Of a stretch of DNA of 64,000 nucleotides, positions 14,256 through 28,531 are shown one piece after another. The notes beneath the pieces were generated by a model. The model did no database searches. It saw only the letters and a program-made list of their open reading frames with translations, and was not told the origin of the DNA. Source of the stretch: the human T2T-CHM13v2.0 reference genome, Homo sapiens; NCBI GenBank assembly GCA_009914755.4, contig CP086569.2, forward strand, positions 29,792,001 to 29,856,000. Reading direction: 5' to 3'. Numbering within the stretch: position 1 is the stretch's first letter; every line of letters begins with the position of its first letter. A program made the position numbers and the translations under genes.

Positions 14256-17200
14256 TTGAATGGAATAGAACAGAATGGAATCAAATCGAATGAAATGGAA
14301 TGGAATAGAAAGGAATGGAATGAAATGGAATGGAAAGGATTCGAATGGAATGCAATCGAATGGAATGGAATCGAACGGAATGGAATAAAATGGAAGAAAA
14401 CTGGCAAGAAATGGAATCGAAATGAATGGAGTGTTATGGAACGGACTCAAAAGGAATTGAATGTAATAGAATGGAGTGGAGTGGACTCGAATATAATGGA
14501 CTGGAATGGAATGAAATCACATGGAATGGGAACGAATGGAATGGAATGGAAAGGAATGGAATCGAATGGAAAGGAATCGAATGGAAGGGAATGAAATTGA
14601 ATCAACAGGAATGGAAGGGAATAGAATAGACGGTAATGGAATGGACTCGAATAGAATGGACACGAATGCTCAAATTGAATGGACTCGAATGGAATGGAAA
14701 CGAAAGGAATGTCATCGAATGGAATTGAATCGATTGGAATGAAATCGCATAGAATGGAGTGGAATCAAATGGAATTGAATCGAAAGGAAAGGAAGCGAAT
14801 GGACTGAAATGAAATGGAATGGAATTGAATGGAAAGTAATGCAATGGAATAGAATGGAACGAAATTTCACGGAATGGAATCAAACTGAATGGAATCAAAT
14901 CAATGGAATCAAATCAAATGGAATGGAAAGGAATTGAATGGAGTAGATTGGATTGGATGGGATTGGAATGAAATGTACTGGAAAGGACTCGAATTTCATG
15001 AAACGGAATGGAATGAATTGGAACGGAATGGACTCGAATGGAATGGAATGTCATGGAATGGCATCAAATGGAATGGCATCAAATGGAATGGAATCGAATG
15101 CAATGGAATGCTATGGAATGGAATGGAATGCATTGGAATGGAATGTCCTCTAATGGAATGGATTCGAGTGGAATGGAATCGAATATAATGGAGTCGAATG
15201 AAATGGAATTGAAAGGAATGGGATCGAATACAATGGAATATACTGGAATGTAATGTAATGAACTCGAATGTAATTGACTGGAATGGAATGTACATGAATG
15301 GAATGTAATCGAATGGAAAGTAATCCAATGGAATAGAATGTAATGCAATAAAATCGACTCAGATAGAGTAGAATGTAATGGAATGGAGTGCAGTGCAATG
15401 GAATGGAATGGAATGGAATGGAATGGAATGGAATGGAATGGGATGGAATGGGATGGAATGGTATGGAATGGATAGTAATGGACTGGAATGAAATGGACTG
15501 GAAAGGAATGGACTCAAATTGAAAGGGCTCGAAAGCAATGGAGTCAAATGGAATGGTCTGGAATGGAATGAACACGAATGTAATGCAATCCAATAGAATG
15601 GAATCGAATGGCATGGAATATAAAGAAATGGAATCGAAGAGAATGGAAACAAATGGAATGGAATTGAATGGAATGGAATTGAATGGAATGGGAACGAATG
15701 GAGTGAAATTGTATGCAGTAGAAGGGAATAGAATGGAATGCAAGCGAAAGGAAAGGAATGGATTGGAATGGAATGGAATTCATTGGAATGGAAGGGAATG
15801 TAGTGTAATGGACAGGCCTGGAATAAAGTGGAATGCTACGGTCTCGAATGGAATAAAAATGTATGGAATGGAATGCAATGAAACGGAATCGAATGTCATA
15901 GAATGTAATGGAATGCAAAAAAACGGAATCCAAAATCATTGACTGGAAAGGCTGGGTGTTGAAAGGAATTGACTCCAATGGAATGGAATCGAATGGAATG
16001 GAAGTGAATAGAATCGAACTAAATCGAATGGAATGGAATTGATAGGAACGGAATGGAAAGGAATGCAATGATTTGGCATGGAATGGAATCGAATGGCATC
16101 GAATGGAATGGAATGGAATGCAATGGAATGGAATGTATTAGAATGTAATGAACTTTAATGGAATGTACTCGAATGGATTCGACTGGAATGGAATGTTCTG
16201 GAAGTGAATGGACTCCAATGGAATGGATTCAAAAGGAATGGAATCGTACGGAATGGAATCTAATGGAATGGAATTAAATGGAAATGAATCAAATTGAATA
16301 GCACGGAATTGAATTGAATGGAATGGAATGCAATGGAATCTAATGAAACGGAAAGGAAAGGAATGGAATGGAATGGAATGGGCTGGAATGGAAAGGAATC
16401 GAAACGAATGGAATGGAATCGAACTGAAGAGACTGGAATGCAATGCACTGGAATGGAAGGGAGTGTAATGGAAGGTTCTCGAAAAAAATGGAATCGAATG
16501 GAATGCAATTGAATGGAACGGAATAGAGTCGAATGGAATTGAATGGAATGGAATGGACTAGAGTGAAATGGAATCGAACCACAAGGAATGGACAGGAATA
16601 GAATGGTCTCGAATTGAATGGAATCGTATGGAATGGCATCAAACGGAATGGAATGGACAGCCACGGAATGGAATGCACTCGAATGCAATGGAGTCGAAAC
16701 TAACGGACTGGAATAGAATGGACTCGACTGGTACGGACTCCAATGGAATGGAATCGAATGGAAGGGAATCGAACGGAAGGGAATCGAACGGAATGGACTC
16801 GAAGGGAAAAGACTGCAATGGAAAGGTCTCGAATGGAATGGAAATTAATGGAATGGAATGGAATCGAATGAAATGGAGTCAAAAGGAATGGAATCGAATG
16901 GCAAGAAATCGAATGTAATGGAATCGCAAGGAATTGATGTGAACGGAACGGAATGGAATGGAATCCAAAGGAATGGAATAGAATGGAATGGAATCGAATG
17001 GAAAGGACTCAAATGGAAATCACTCGAATAGAATGCAATTTAATAAAATAGGATCAAATGTAATGGAATGGAATGGAAAGGAATCAAAACGAAAGGAATG
17101 GAGACAGATGGAATGGAATGGAACAGAGAGCAATGGTATAGAATGGAATGGAATCATCTAGAATGGAATTGAATGGAATGGAATAATATGAAATGGAATG

Positions 17201-17824
17201 GAATGGAATGGAATGGAATGGAATGCCCTTGAATTAAATGGACTGGAATGGAATGGACTCGAAGAGAGTGGAATGGAAAGTGTTGAGATAGAATGGAATG
17301 GACTCCTTTGGAATGGTGTAGTATGCAATGCAATCGACTGGCAGGGAATCAAAAGGAATGTAATCGAATGGATTGGACTGGAATGCGATGGACTCGAATA
17401 GATTGGAAACGGAATGCAAAGGAATGGAATGGAATAGTATGGAATGGAATGGAAAGGAATGGAGTGGAATAGACTAGAGTGGAATGGAATGGACTGGAAA
17501 GCAATGGACTGGAGTGGAACTTTCTTGAATGGACTGGAATCAAACGGAATGGAATGCAATGCAATCAAATGGCATGGAATAAAATAGAATGAAAGAGAAT
17601 CAAATGGAATTGAATCGAATGGAATCGAATGGATTGGAAAGGAATAGAATGGAATGGAATGGAATTGACTCAAATGGAATGGACTAGAATGGAATGGATT
17701 CGAATGGAAGGCAAAGGAATGGAATCTATTGGAATGGACTGTAATGGAATGGAATGGAAGGGATTGGAATGGACTCGAATGGAATGGACTGCAATAGAAA
17801 GGATTCGAATGGAATGAAAAAGAA
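14256..17824 (+). repeat. HOR unit 5 (3569 bp)
   Basis: Landmarks at 14256 and 17825. Confidence 0.85.
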
Positions 17825-20800
17825 TTGAATGGAATAGAACAGAATGGAATCAAATCGAATGAAATGGAATGGAATAGAAAGGAATGGAATGAAATGGAAT
17901 GGAAAGGATTCGAATGGAATGCAATCGAATGGAATGGAATCGAACGGAATGGAATAAAATGGAAGAAAACTGGCAAGAAATGGAATCGAAATGAATGGAG
18001 TGTTATGGAACGGACTCAAAAGGAATTGAATGTAATAGAATGGAGTGGAGTGGACTCGAATATAATGGACTGGAATGGAATGAAATCACATGGAATGGGA
18101 ACGAATGGAATGGAATGGAAAGGAATGGAATCGAATAGAAAGGAATCGAATGGAAGGGAATGAAATTGAATCAACAGGAATGGAAGGGAATAGAATAGAC
18201 GGTAATGGAATGGACTCGAATAGAATGGACACGAATGCTCAAATTGAATGGACTCGAATGGAATGGAAACGAAAGGAATGTCATCGAATGGAATTGAATC
18301 GATTGGAATGAAGTCGCATAGAATGGAGTGGAATCAAATGGAATTGAATCGAAAAGAAAGGAAGCAAATGGACTGAAATGAAATGGAATGGAATTGAATG
18401 GAAAGTAATGCAATGGAATAGAATGGAACGAAATTTCACGGAATGGAATCAAACTGAATGGAATCAAATCAATGGAATCAAATCAAATGGAATGGAAAGG
18501 AATTGAATGGAGTAGATTGGATTGGATGGGATTGGAATGAAATGTACTGGAAAGGACTCGAATTTCATGAAACGGAATGGAATGAATTGGAACGGAATGG
18601 ACTCGAATGGAATGGAATGTCATGGAATGGCATCAAATGGAATGGCATCAAATGGAATGGAATCGAATGCAATGGAATGCTATGGAATGGAATGGAATGC
18701 ATTGGAATGGAATGTCCTCTAATGGAATGGATTCGAGTGGAATGGAATCGAATATAATGGAGTCGAATGAAATGGAATTGAAAGGAATGGGATCGAATAC
18801 AATGGAATATACTGGAATGTAATGTAATGAACTCGAATGTAATTGACTGGAATGGAATGTACATGAATGGAATGTAATCGAATGGAAAGTAATCCAATGG
18901 AATAGAATCTAATGCAATAAAATCGACTCAGATAGAGTAGAATGTAATGGAATGGAGTGCAGTGCAATGGAATGGAATGGAATGGAATGCAATGGAATGG
19001 AATGGAATGGAATGGAATGGAATGGGATGGAATGGGATGGAATGGTATGGAATGGATAGTAATGGACTGGAGTGAAATGGACTGGAAAGGAATGGACTCA
19101 AATTGAAAGGGCTCGAAAGGAATGGAGTCAAATGGAATGGTCTGGAATGGAATGAACACGAATGTAATGCAATCCAATAGAATGGAATCGAATGGCATGG
19201 AATATAAAGAAATGGAATCGAAGAGAATGGAAACAAATGGAATGGAATTGAATGGAATGGAATTGAATGGAATGGGAACGAATGGAGTGAAATTGTATGC
19301 AGTAGAAGGGAATAGAATGGAATGCAAGCGAAAGGAAAGGAATGGATTGGAATGGAATGGAATTCATTGGAATGGAAGGGAATGTAGTGTAATGGACAGG
19401 CCTGGAATAAAGTGGAATGCTACGGTCTCGAATGGAATAAAAATGTATGGAATGGAATGCAATGAAACGGAATCGAATGTCATAGAATGTAATGGAATGC
19501 AAAAAAATGGAATCCAAAATCATTGACTGGAAAGGCTGGGTGTCGAAAGGAATTGACTCCAATGGAATGGAATTGAATGGAATGGAAGTGAATAGAATCG
19601 AACTAAATCGAATGGAATGGAATTGATAGGAACGGAATGGAAAGGAATGCAATGATTTGGCATGGAATGGAATCGAATGGCATCGAATGGAATGGAATGC
19701 AATGCAATGGAATGGAATGTATTAGAATGTAATGAACTTTAATGGAATGTACTCGAATGGATTCGACTGGAATGGAATGTTCTGGAAGTGAATGGACTCC
19801 AATGGAATGGATTCAAAAGGAATGGAATCGTACGGAATGGAATCTAATGGAATGGAATTAAATGGAAATGAATCAAATTGAATAGCACGGAATTGAATGG
19901 AATGGAATGGAATGCAATGGAATCTAATGATACGGAAAGGAAAGGAATGGAATGGAATGGAATGGGCTGGAATGGAAAGGAATCGAAACGAATGGAATGG
20001 AATCGAACTGAAGAGACTGGAATGGAATGCACTGGAATGGAAGGGAGTGTAATGGAAGGTTCTCGAAAAAAATGGAATCGAATGGAATGGAATGGAATGG
20101 AACGGAATAGAGTCGAATGGAATTGAATGGAATGGAATGGACTAGAGTGAAATGGAATCGAACCACAAGGAATGGACAGGAATAGAATGGTCTCGAATTG
20201 AATGGAATCGTATGGAATGGCATCAAACGGAATGGAATGGACAGCCACGGAATGGAATGCACTCGAATGCAATGGAGTCGAAACTAATGGACTGGAATAG
20301 AATGGACTCGACTGGTACGGACTCCAATGGAATGGAATCGAATGGAAGGGAATCGAACGGAATGGACTCGAAGGGAAAAGACTGCAATGGAAAGGTCTCG
20401 AATGGAATGGAAATTAATGGAATGGAATGGAATCGAATGAAATGGAGGCAAAAGGAATGGAATCGAATGGCAAGAAATCGAATGTAATGGAATCGCAAGG
20501 AATTGATGTGAACGGAACGGAATGGAATGGAATCCAAAGGAATGGAATAGAATGGAATGGAATCGAATGGAAAGGACTCAAATGGAAATCACTCGAATAG
20601 AATGCAATTTAATAAAATAGGATCAAATGTAATGGAATGGAATGGAAAGGAATCGAAACGAAAGGAATGGAGACAGATGGAATGGAATGGAACAGAGAGC
20701 AATGGTATAGAATGGAATGGAATCATCTAGAATGGAATTGAATGGAATGGAATAATATGAAATGGAATGGAATGGAATGGAATGGAATGGAATGGAATGC

Positions 20801-21398
20801 CCTTGAATTAAATGGACTGGAATGGAATGGACTCGAAGAGAGTGGAATGGAAAGTGTTGAGATAGAATGGAATGGACTCCTTTGGAATGGTGTAGTATGC
20901 AATGCAATCGACTGGCAGGGAATCAAAAGGAATGTAATCGAATGGATTGGACTGGAATGCGATGGACTCGAATAGATTGGAAACGGAATGCAAAGGAATG
21001 GAATGGAATAGTATGGAATGGAATGGAAAGGAATGGAGTGGAATAGACTAGAGTGGAATGGAATGGACTGGAAAGCAATGGACTGGAATGGAACTTTCTT
21101 GAATGGACTGGAATCAAACGGAATGGAATGCAATGCAATCAAATGGCATGGAATAAAATAGAATGAAAGAGAATCAAATGGAATTGAATCGAATGGAATC
21201 GAATGGATTGGAAAGGAATAGAATGGAATGGAATGGAATTGACTCAAATGGAATGGACTAGAATGGAATGGATTCGAATGGAAGGCAAATGAATGGAATC
21301 TATTGGAATGGACTGTAATGGAATGGAATGGAAGGGATTGGAATGGACTCGAATGGAATGGACTGCAATAGAAAGGATTGGAATGGAATGAAAAAGAA
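17825..21398 (+). repeat. HOR unit 6 (3574 bp)
   Basis: Landmark at 17825. Next landmark ttgaatggaatagaacag read at 21399. Confidence 0.85.
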
Positions 21399-24300
21399 TT
21401 GAATGGAATAGAACAGAATGGAATCAAATCGAATGAAATGGAATGGAATAGAAAGGAATGGAATGAAATGGAATGGAAAGGATTCGAATGGAATGCAATC
21501 GAATGGAATGGAATCGAACGGAATGGAATAAAATGGAAGAAAACTGGCAAGAAATGGAATCGAAATGAATAGAGTGTTATGGAACGGACTCAAAAGGAAT
21601 TGAATGTAATAGAATGGAGTGGAGTGGACTCGAATATAATGGACTGGAATGGAATGAAATCACATGGAATGGGAACGAATGGAATGGAATGGAAAGGAAT
21701 GGAATCGAATGGAAAGGAATCGAATGGAAGGGAATGAAATTGAATCAACAGGAATGGAAGGGAATAGAATAGACGGTAATGGAATGGACTCGAATAGAAT
21801 GGACACGAATGCTCAAATTGAATGGACTCGAATGGAATGGAAACGAAAGGAATGTCATCGAATGGAATTGAATCGATTGGAATGAAATCGCATAGAATGG
21901 AGTGGAATCAAATGGAATTGAATCGAAAGGAAAGGAAGCGAATGGACTGAAATGAAATGGAATGGAATTGAATGGAAAGTAATGCAATGGAATAGAATGG
22001 AACGAAATTTCACGGAATGGAATCAAACTGAATGGAATCAAATCAATGGAATCAAATCAAATGGAATGGAAAGGAATTGAATGGAGTAGATTGGATTGGA
22101 TGGGATTGGAATGAAATGTACTGGAAAGGACTCGAATTTCATAAAACGGAATGGAATGAATTGGAACGGAATGGACTCGAATGGAATGGAATGTCATGGA
22201 ATGGCATCAAATGGAATGGCATCAAATGGAATGGAATCGAATGCAATGGAATGCTATGGAATGGAATGGAATGCATTGGAATGGAATGTCCTCTAATGGA
22301 ATGGATTCGAGTGGAATGGAATCGAATATAATGGAGTCGAATGAAATGGAATTGAAAGGAATGGGATCGAATACAATGGAATATACTGGAATGTAATGTA
22401 ATGAACTCGAATGTAATTGACTGGAATGGAATGTACATGAATGGAATGTAATCGAATGGAAAGTAATCCAATGGAATAGAATCTAATGCAATAAAATCGA
22501 CTCAGATAGAGTAGAATGTAATGGAATGGAGTGCAGTGCAATGGAATGGAATGGAATGGAATGCAATGGAATGGAATGGAATGGAATGGAATGGAATGGA
22601 ATGGGATGGAATGGGATGGAATGGTATGGAATGGATAGTAATGGACTGGAGTGAAATGGACTGGAAAGGAATGGACTCAAATTGAAAGGGCTCGAAAGCA
22701 ATGGAGTCAAATGGAATGGTCTGGAATGGAATGAACACGAATGTAATGCAATCCGATAGAATGGAATCGAATGGCATGGAATATAAAGAAATGGAATCGA
22801 AGAGAATGGAAACAAATGGAATGGAATTGAATGGAATGGAATTGAATGGAATGGGAACGAATGGAGTGAAATTGTATGCAGTAGAAGGGAATAGAATGGA
22901 ATGCAAGCGAAAGGAAAGGAATGGATTGGAATGGAATGGAATTCATTGGAATGGAAGGGAATGTAGTGTAATGGACAGGCCTGGAATAAAGTGGAATGCT
23001 ACGGTCTCGAATGGAATAAAAATGTATGGAATGGAATGCAATGAAACGGAATCGAATGTCATAGAATGTAATGGAATGCAAAAAAATGGAATCCAAAATC
23101 ATTGACTGGAAAGGCTGGGTGTCGAAAGGAATTGACCCCAATGGAATGGAATCGAATGGAATGGAAGTGAATAGAATCGAACTAAATCGAATGGAATGGA
23201 ATTGATAGGAACGGAATGGAAAGGAATGCAATGATTTGGCATGGAATGGAATCGAATGGCATCGAATGGAATGGAATGGAATGCAATGGAATGGAATGTA
23301 TTAGAATGTAATGAACTTTAATGGAATGTACTCGAATGGATTCGACTGGAATGGAATGTTCTGGAAGTGAATGGACTCCAATGGAATGGATTCCAAAGGA
23401 ATGGAATCGTACGGAATGGAATCTAATGGAATGGAATTAAATGGAAATGAATCAAATTGAATAGCACGGAATTGAATTGAATGGAATGGAATGCAATGGA
23501 ATCTAATGAAACGGAAAGGAAAGGAATGGAATGGAATGGAATGGGCTGGAATGGAAAGGAATCGAAACGAATGGAATGGAATCGAACTGAAGAGACTGGA
23601 ATGGAATGCACTGGAATGGAAGGGAGTGTAATGGAAGGTTCTCGAAAAAAATGGAATCGAATGGAATGGAATTGAATGGAACGGAATAGAGTCGAATGGA
23701 ATTGAATGGAATGGAATGGACTAGAGTGAAATGGAATCGAACCAAAAGGAATGGACAGGAATAGAATGGTCTCGAATTGAATGGAATCGTATGGAATGGC
23801 ATCAAACGGAATGGAATGGACAGCCACGGAATGGAATGCACTCGAATGCAATGGAGTCGAAACTAATGGACTGGAATAGAATGGACTCGACTGGTACGGA
23901 CTCCAATGGAATGGAATCGAATGGAAGGGAATCGAACGGAATGGACTCGAAGGGAAAAGACTGCAATGGAAAGGTCTCGAATGGAATGGAAATTAATGGA
24001 ATGGAATGGAATCGAATGAAATGGAGTCAAAAGGAATGGAATCGAATGGCAAGAAATCGAATGTAATGGAATCGCAAGGAATTGATGTGAACGGAACGGA
24101 ATGGAATGGAATCCAAAGGAATGGAATAGAATGGAATGGAATCGAATGGAAAGGACTCAAATGGAAATCACTCGAATAGAATGCAATTTAATAAAATAGG
24201 ATCAAATGTAATGGAATGGAATGGAAAGGAATCGAAACGAAAGGAATGGAGACAGATGGAATGGAATGGAACAGAGAGCAATGGTATAGAATGGAATGGA

Positions 24301-24962
24301 ATCATCTAGAATGGAATTGAATGGAATGGAATAATATGAAATGGAATGGAATGGAATGGAATGCCCTTGAATTAAATGGACTGGAATGGAATGGACTCGA
24401 AGAGAGTGGAATGGAAAGTGTTGAGATAGAATGGAATGGACTCCTTTGGAATGGTGTAGTATGCAATGCAATCGACTGGCAGGGAATCAAAAGGAATGTA
24501 ATCGAATGGATTGGACTGGAATGCGATGGACTCGAATAGTTTGGAAACGGAATGCAAAGGAATGGAATGGAATAGTATGGAATGGAATGGAAAGGAATGG
24601 AGTGGAATAGACTAGAGTGGAATGGAATGGACTGGAAAGCAATGGACTGGAATGGAACTTTCTTGAATGGACTGGAATCAAACGGAATGGAATGCAATGC
24701 AATCAAATGGCATGGAATAAAATAGAATGAAAGAGAATCAAATGGAATTGAATCGAATGGAATCGAATGGATTGGAAAGGAATAGAATGGAATGGAATGG
24801 AATTGACTCAAATGGAATGGACTAGAATGGAATGGATTCGAATGGAAGGCAAAGGAATGGAATCTATTGGAATGGACTGTAATGGAATGGAATGGAAGGG
24901 ATTGGAATGGACTCGAATGGAATGGACTGCAATAGAAAGGATTCGAATGGAATGAAAAAGAA
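21399..24962 (+). repeat. HOR unit 7 (3564 bp)
   Basis: Landmarks at 21399 and 24963. The (ggaat)n tract near 24350 is contracted to 4 copies. Confidence 0.85.
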
Positions 24963-27900
24963 TTGAATGGAATAGAACAGAATGGAATCAAATCGAATGA
25001 AATGGAATGGAATAGAAAGGAATGGAATGAAATGAAATGGAAAGGATTCGAATGGAATGCAATCGAATGGAATGGAATCGAAAGGAATGGAATAAAATGG
25101 AAGAAAACTGGCAAGAAATGGAATCGAAATGAATGGAGTGTTATGGAACGGACTCAAAATGAATTGAATGTAATAGAATGGAGTGGAGTGGACTCGAATA
25201 TAATGGACTGGAATGGAATGAAATCACATGGAATGGGAACGAATGGAATGGAATGGAAAGGAATGGAATCGAATGGAAAGGAATCGAATGGAAGGGAATG
25301 AAATTGAATCAACAGGAATGGAAGGGAATAGAATAGACGGTAATGGAATGGACTCGAATAGAATGGACACGAATGCTCAAATTGAATGGACTCGAATGGA
25401 ATGGAAACGAAAGGAATGTCATCGAATGGAATTGAATCGATTGGAATGAAATCGCATAGAATGGAGTGGAATCAAATGGAATTGAATCGAAAGGAAAGGA
25501 AGCGAATGGACTGAAATGAAATGGAATGGAATTGAATGGAAAGTAATGCAATGGAATAGAATGGAACGAAATTTCACGGAATGGAATCAAACTGAATGGA
25601 ATCAAATCAATGGAATCAAATCAAATGGAATGGAAAGGAATTGAATGGAGTAGATGGGATTGGATGGGATTGGAATGAAATGTACTGGAAAGGACTCGAA
25701 TTTCATGAAACGGAATGGAATGAATTGGAACGGAATGGACTCGAATGGAATGGAATGTCATGGAATGGCATCAAATGGAATGGCATCAAATGGAATGGAA
25801 TCGAATGCAATGGAAAGCTATGGAATGGAATGGAATGCATTGGAATGGAATGTCCTCTAATGGAATGGATTTGAGTGGAATGGAATCGAATATAATGGAG
25901 TCGAATGAAATGGAATTGAAAGGAATGGGATCGAATACAATGGAATATACTGGAATGTAATGTAATGAACTCGAATGTAATTGACTGGAATGGAATGTAC
26001 ATGAATGGAATGTAATCGAATGGAAAGTAATCCAATGGAATAGAATCTAATGCAATAAAATCGACTCAGATAGAGTAGAATGTAATGGAATGGAGTGCAG
26101 TGCAATGGAATGGAATGGAATGGAATGGAATGGAATGGAATGGAATGGGATGGAATGGGATGGAATGGTATGGAATGGATAGTAATGGACTGGAATGAAA
26201 TGGACTGGAAAGGAATGGACTCAAATTGAAAGGGCTCGAAAGCAATGGAGTCAAATGGAATGGTCTGGAATGGAATGAACACGAATGTAATGCAATCCAA
26301 TAGAATGGAATCGAATGGCATGGAATATAAAGAAATGGAATCGAAGAGAATGGAAACAAATGGAATGGAATTGAATGGAATGGAATTGAATGGAATGGGA
26401 ACGAATGGAGTGAAATTGTATGCAGTAGAAGGGAATAGAATGGAATGCAAGCGAAAGGAAAGGAATGGATTGGAATGGAATGGAATTCATTGGAATGGAA
26501 GGGAATGTAGTGTAATGGACAGGCCTGGAATAAAGTGGAATGCTACGGTCTCGAATGGAATAAAAATGTATGGAATGGAATGCAATGAAACGGAATCGAA
26601 TGTCATAGAATGTAATGGAATGCAAAAAAACGGAATCCAAAATCATTGACTGGAAAGGCTGGGTGTTGAAAGGAATTGACTCCAATGGAATGGAATCGAA
26701 TGGAATGGAAGTGAATAGAATCGAACTAAATCGAATGAAATGGAATTGATAGGAACGGAATGGAAAGGAATGCAATGATTTGGCATGGAATGGAATCGAA
26801 TGGCATCGAATGGAATGGAATGGAATGCAATGGAATGGAATGTATTAGAATGTAATGAACTTTAATGGAATGTACTCGAATGTATTCGACTGGAATGGAA
26901 TGTTCTGGAAGTGAATGGACTCCAATGGAATGGATTCAAAAGGAATGGAATCGTACGGAATGGAATCTAATGGAATGGAATTAAATGGAAATGAATCAAA
27001 TTGAATAGCACGGAATTGAATTGAATGGAATGGAATGCAATGGAATCTAATGAAACGGAAAGGAAAGGAATGGAATGGAATGGAATGGGCTGGAATGGAA
27101 AGGAATCGAAACGAATGGAATGGAATCGAACTGAAGAGACTGGAATGGAATGCACTGGAATGGAAGGGAGTGTAATGGAAGGTTCTCGAAAAAAATGGAA
27201 TCGAATGGAATGGAATTGAATGGAACGGAATAGAGTCGAATGGAATTGAATGGAATGGAATGGACTAGAGTGAAATGGAATCGAACCACAAGGAATGGAC
27301 AGGAATAGAATGGTCTCGAATTGAATGGAATCGTATGGAATGGCATCAAACGGAATGGAATGGACAGCCACGGAATGGAATGCACTCGAATGCAATGGAG
27401 TCGAAACTAACGGACTGGAATAGAATGGACTCGACTGGTACGGACTCCAATGGAATGGAATCGAATGGAAGGGAATCGAACGGAAGGGAATCGAACGGAA
27501 TGGACTCGAAGGGAAAAGACTGCAATGGAAAGGTCTCGAATGGAATGGAAATTAATGGAATGGAATGGAATCGAATGAAATGGAGTCAAAAGGAATGGAA
27601 TCGAATGGCAAGAAATCGAATGTAATGGAATCGCAAGGAATTGATGTGAACGGAACGGAATGGAATGGAATCCAAAGTAATGGAATAGAATGGAATGGAA
27701 TCGAATGGAAAGGACTCAAATGGAAATCACTCGAATAGAATGCAATTTAATAAAATAGGATCAAATGTAATGGAATGGAATGGAAAGGAATCGAAACGAA
27801 AGGAATGGAGACAGATGGAATGGAATGGAACAGAGAGCAATGGTATAGAATGGAATGGAATCATCTAGAATGGAATTGAATGGAATGGAATAATATGAAA

Positions 27901-28531
27901 TGGAATGGAATGGAATGGAATGGAATGGAATGCCCTTGAATTAAATGGACTGGAAACGAATGGACTCGAAGAGAGTGGAATGGAAAGTGTTGAGATAGAA
28001 TGGAATGGACTCCTTTGGAATGGTGTAGTATGCAATTCAATCGACTGGCAGGGAATCAAAAGGAATGTAATCGAATGGATTGTACTGGAATGCGATGGAC
28101 TCGAATAGATTGGAAACGGAATGCAAAGGAATGGAATGGAATAGTATGGAATGGAATGGAAAGGAATGGAGTGGAATAGACTAGAGTGGAATGGAATGGA
28201 CTGGAACGCAATGGACTGGAATGGAACTTTCTTGAATGGACTGGAATCAAACGGAATGGAATGCAATGCAATCAAATGGCATGGAATAACATAGAATGAA
28301 AGAGAATCAAATGGAATTGAATCGAATGGAATCGAATGGATTGGAAAGGAATAGAATGGAATGGAATGGAATTGACTCAAATGGAGTGGACTAGAATGGA
28401 ATGGATTCGAATGGAAGGCAAAGGAATGGAATCTATTGGAATGGACTGTAATGGAATGGAATGGAAGGGATTGCAATGGACTCGAATGGAATGGACTGCA
28501 ATAGAAAGGATTCGAATGGAATGAAAAAGAA
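24963..28531 (+). repeat. HOR unit 8 (3569 bp)
   Basis: Landmarks at 24963 and 28532. Confidence 0.85.
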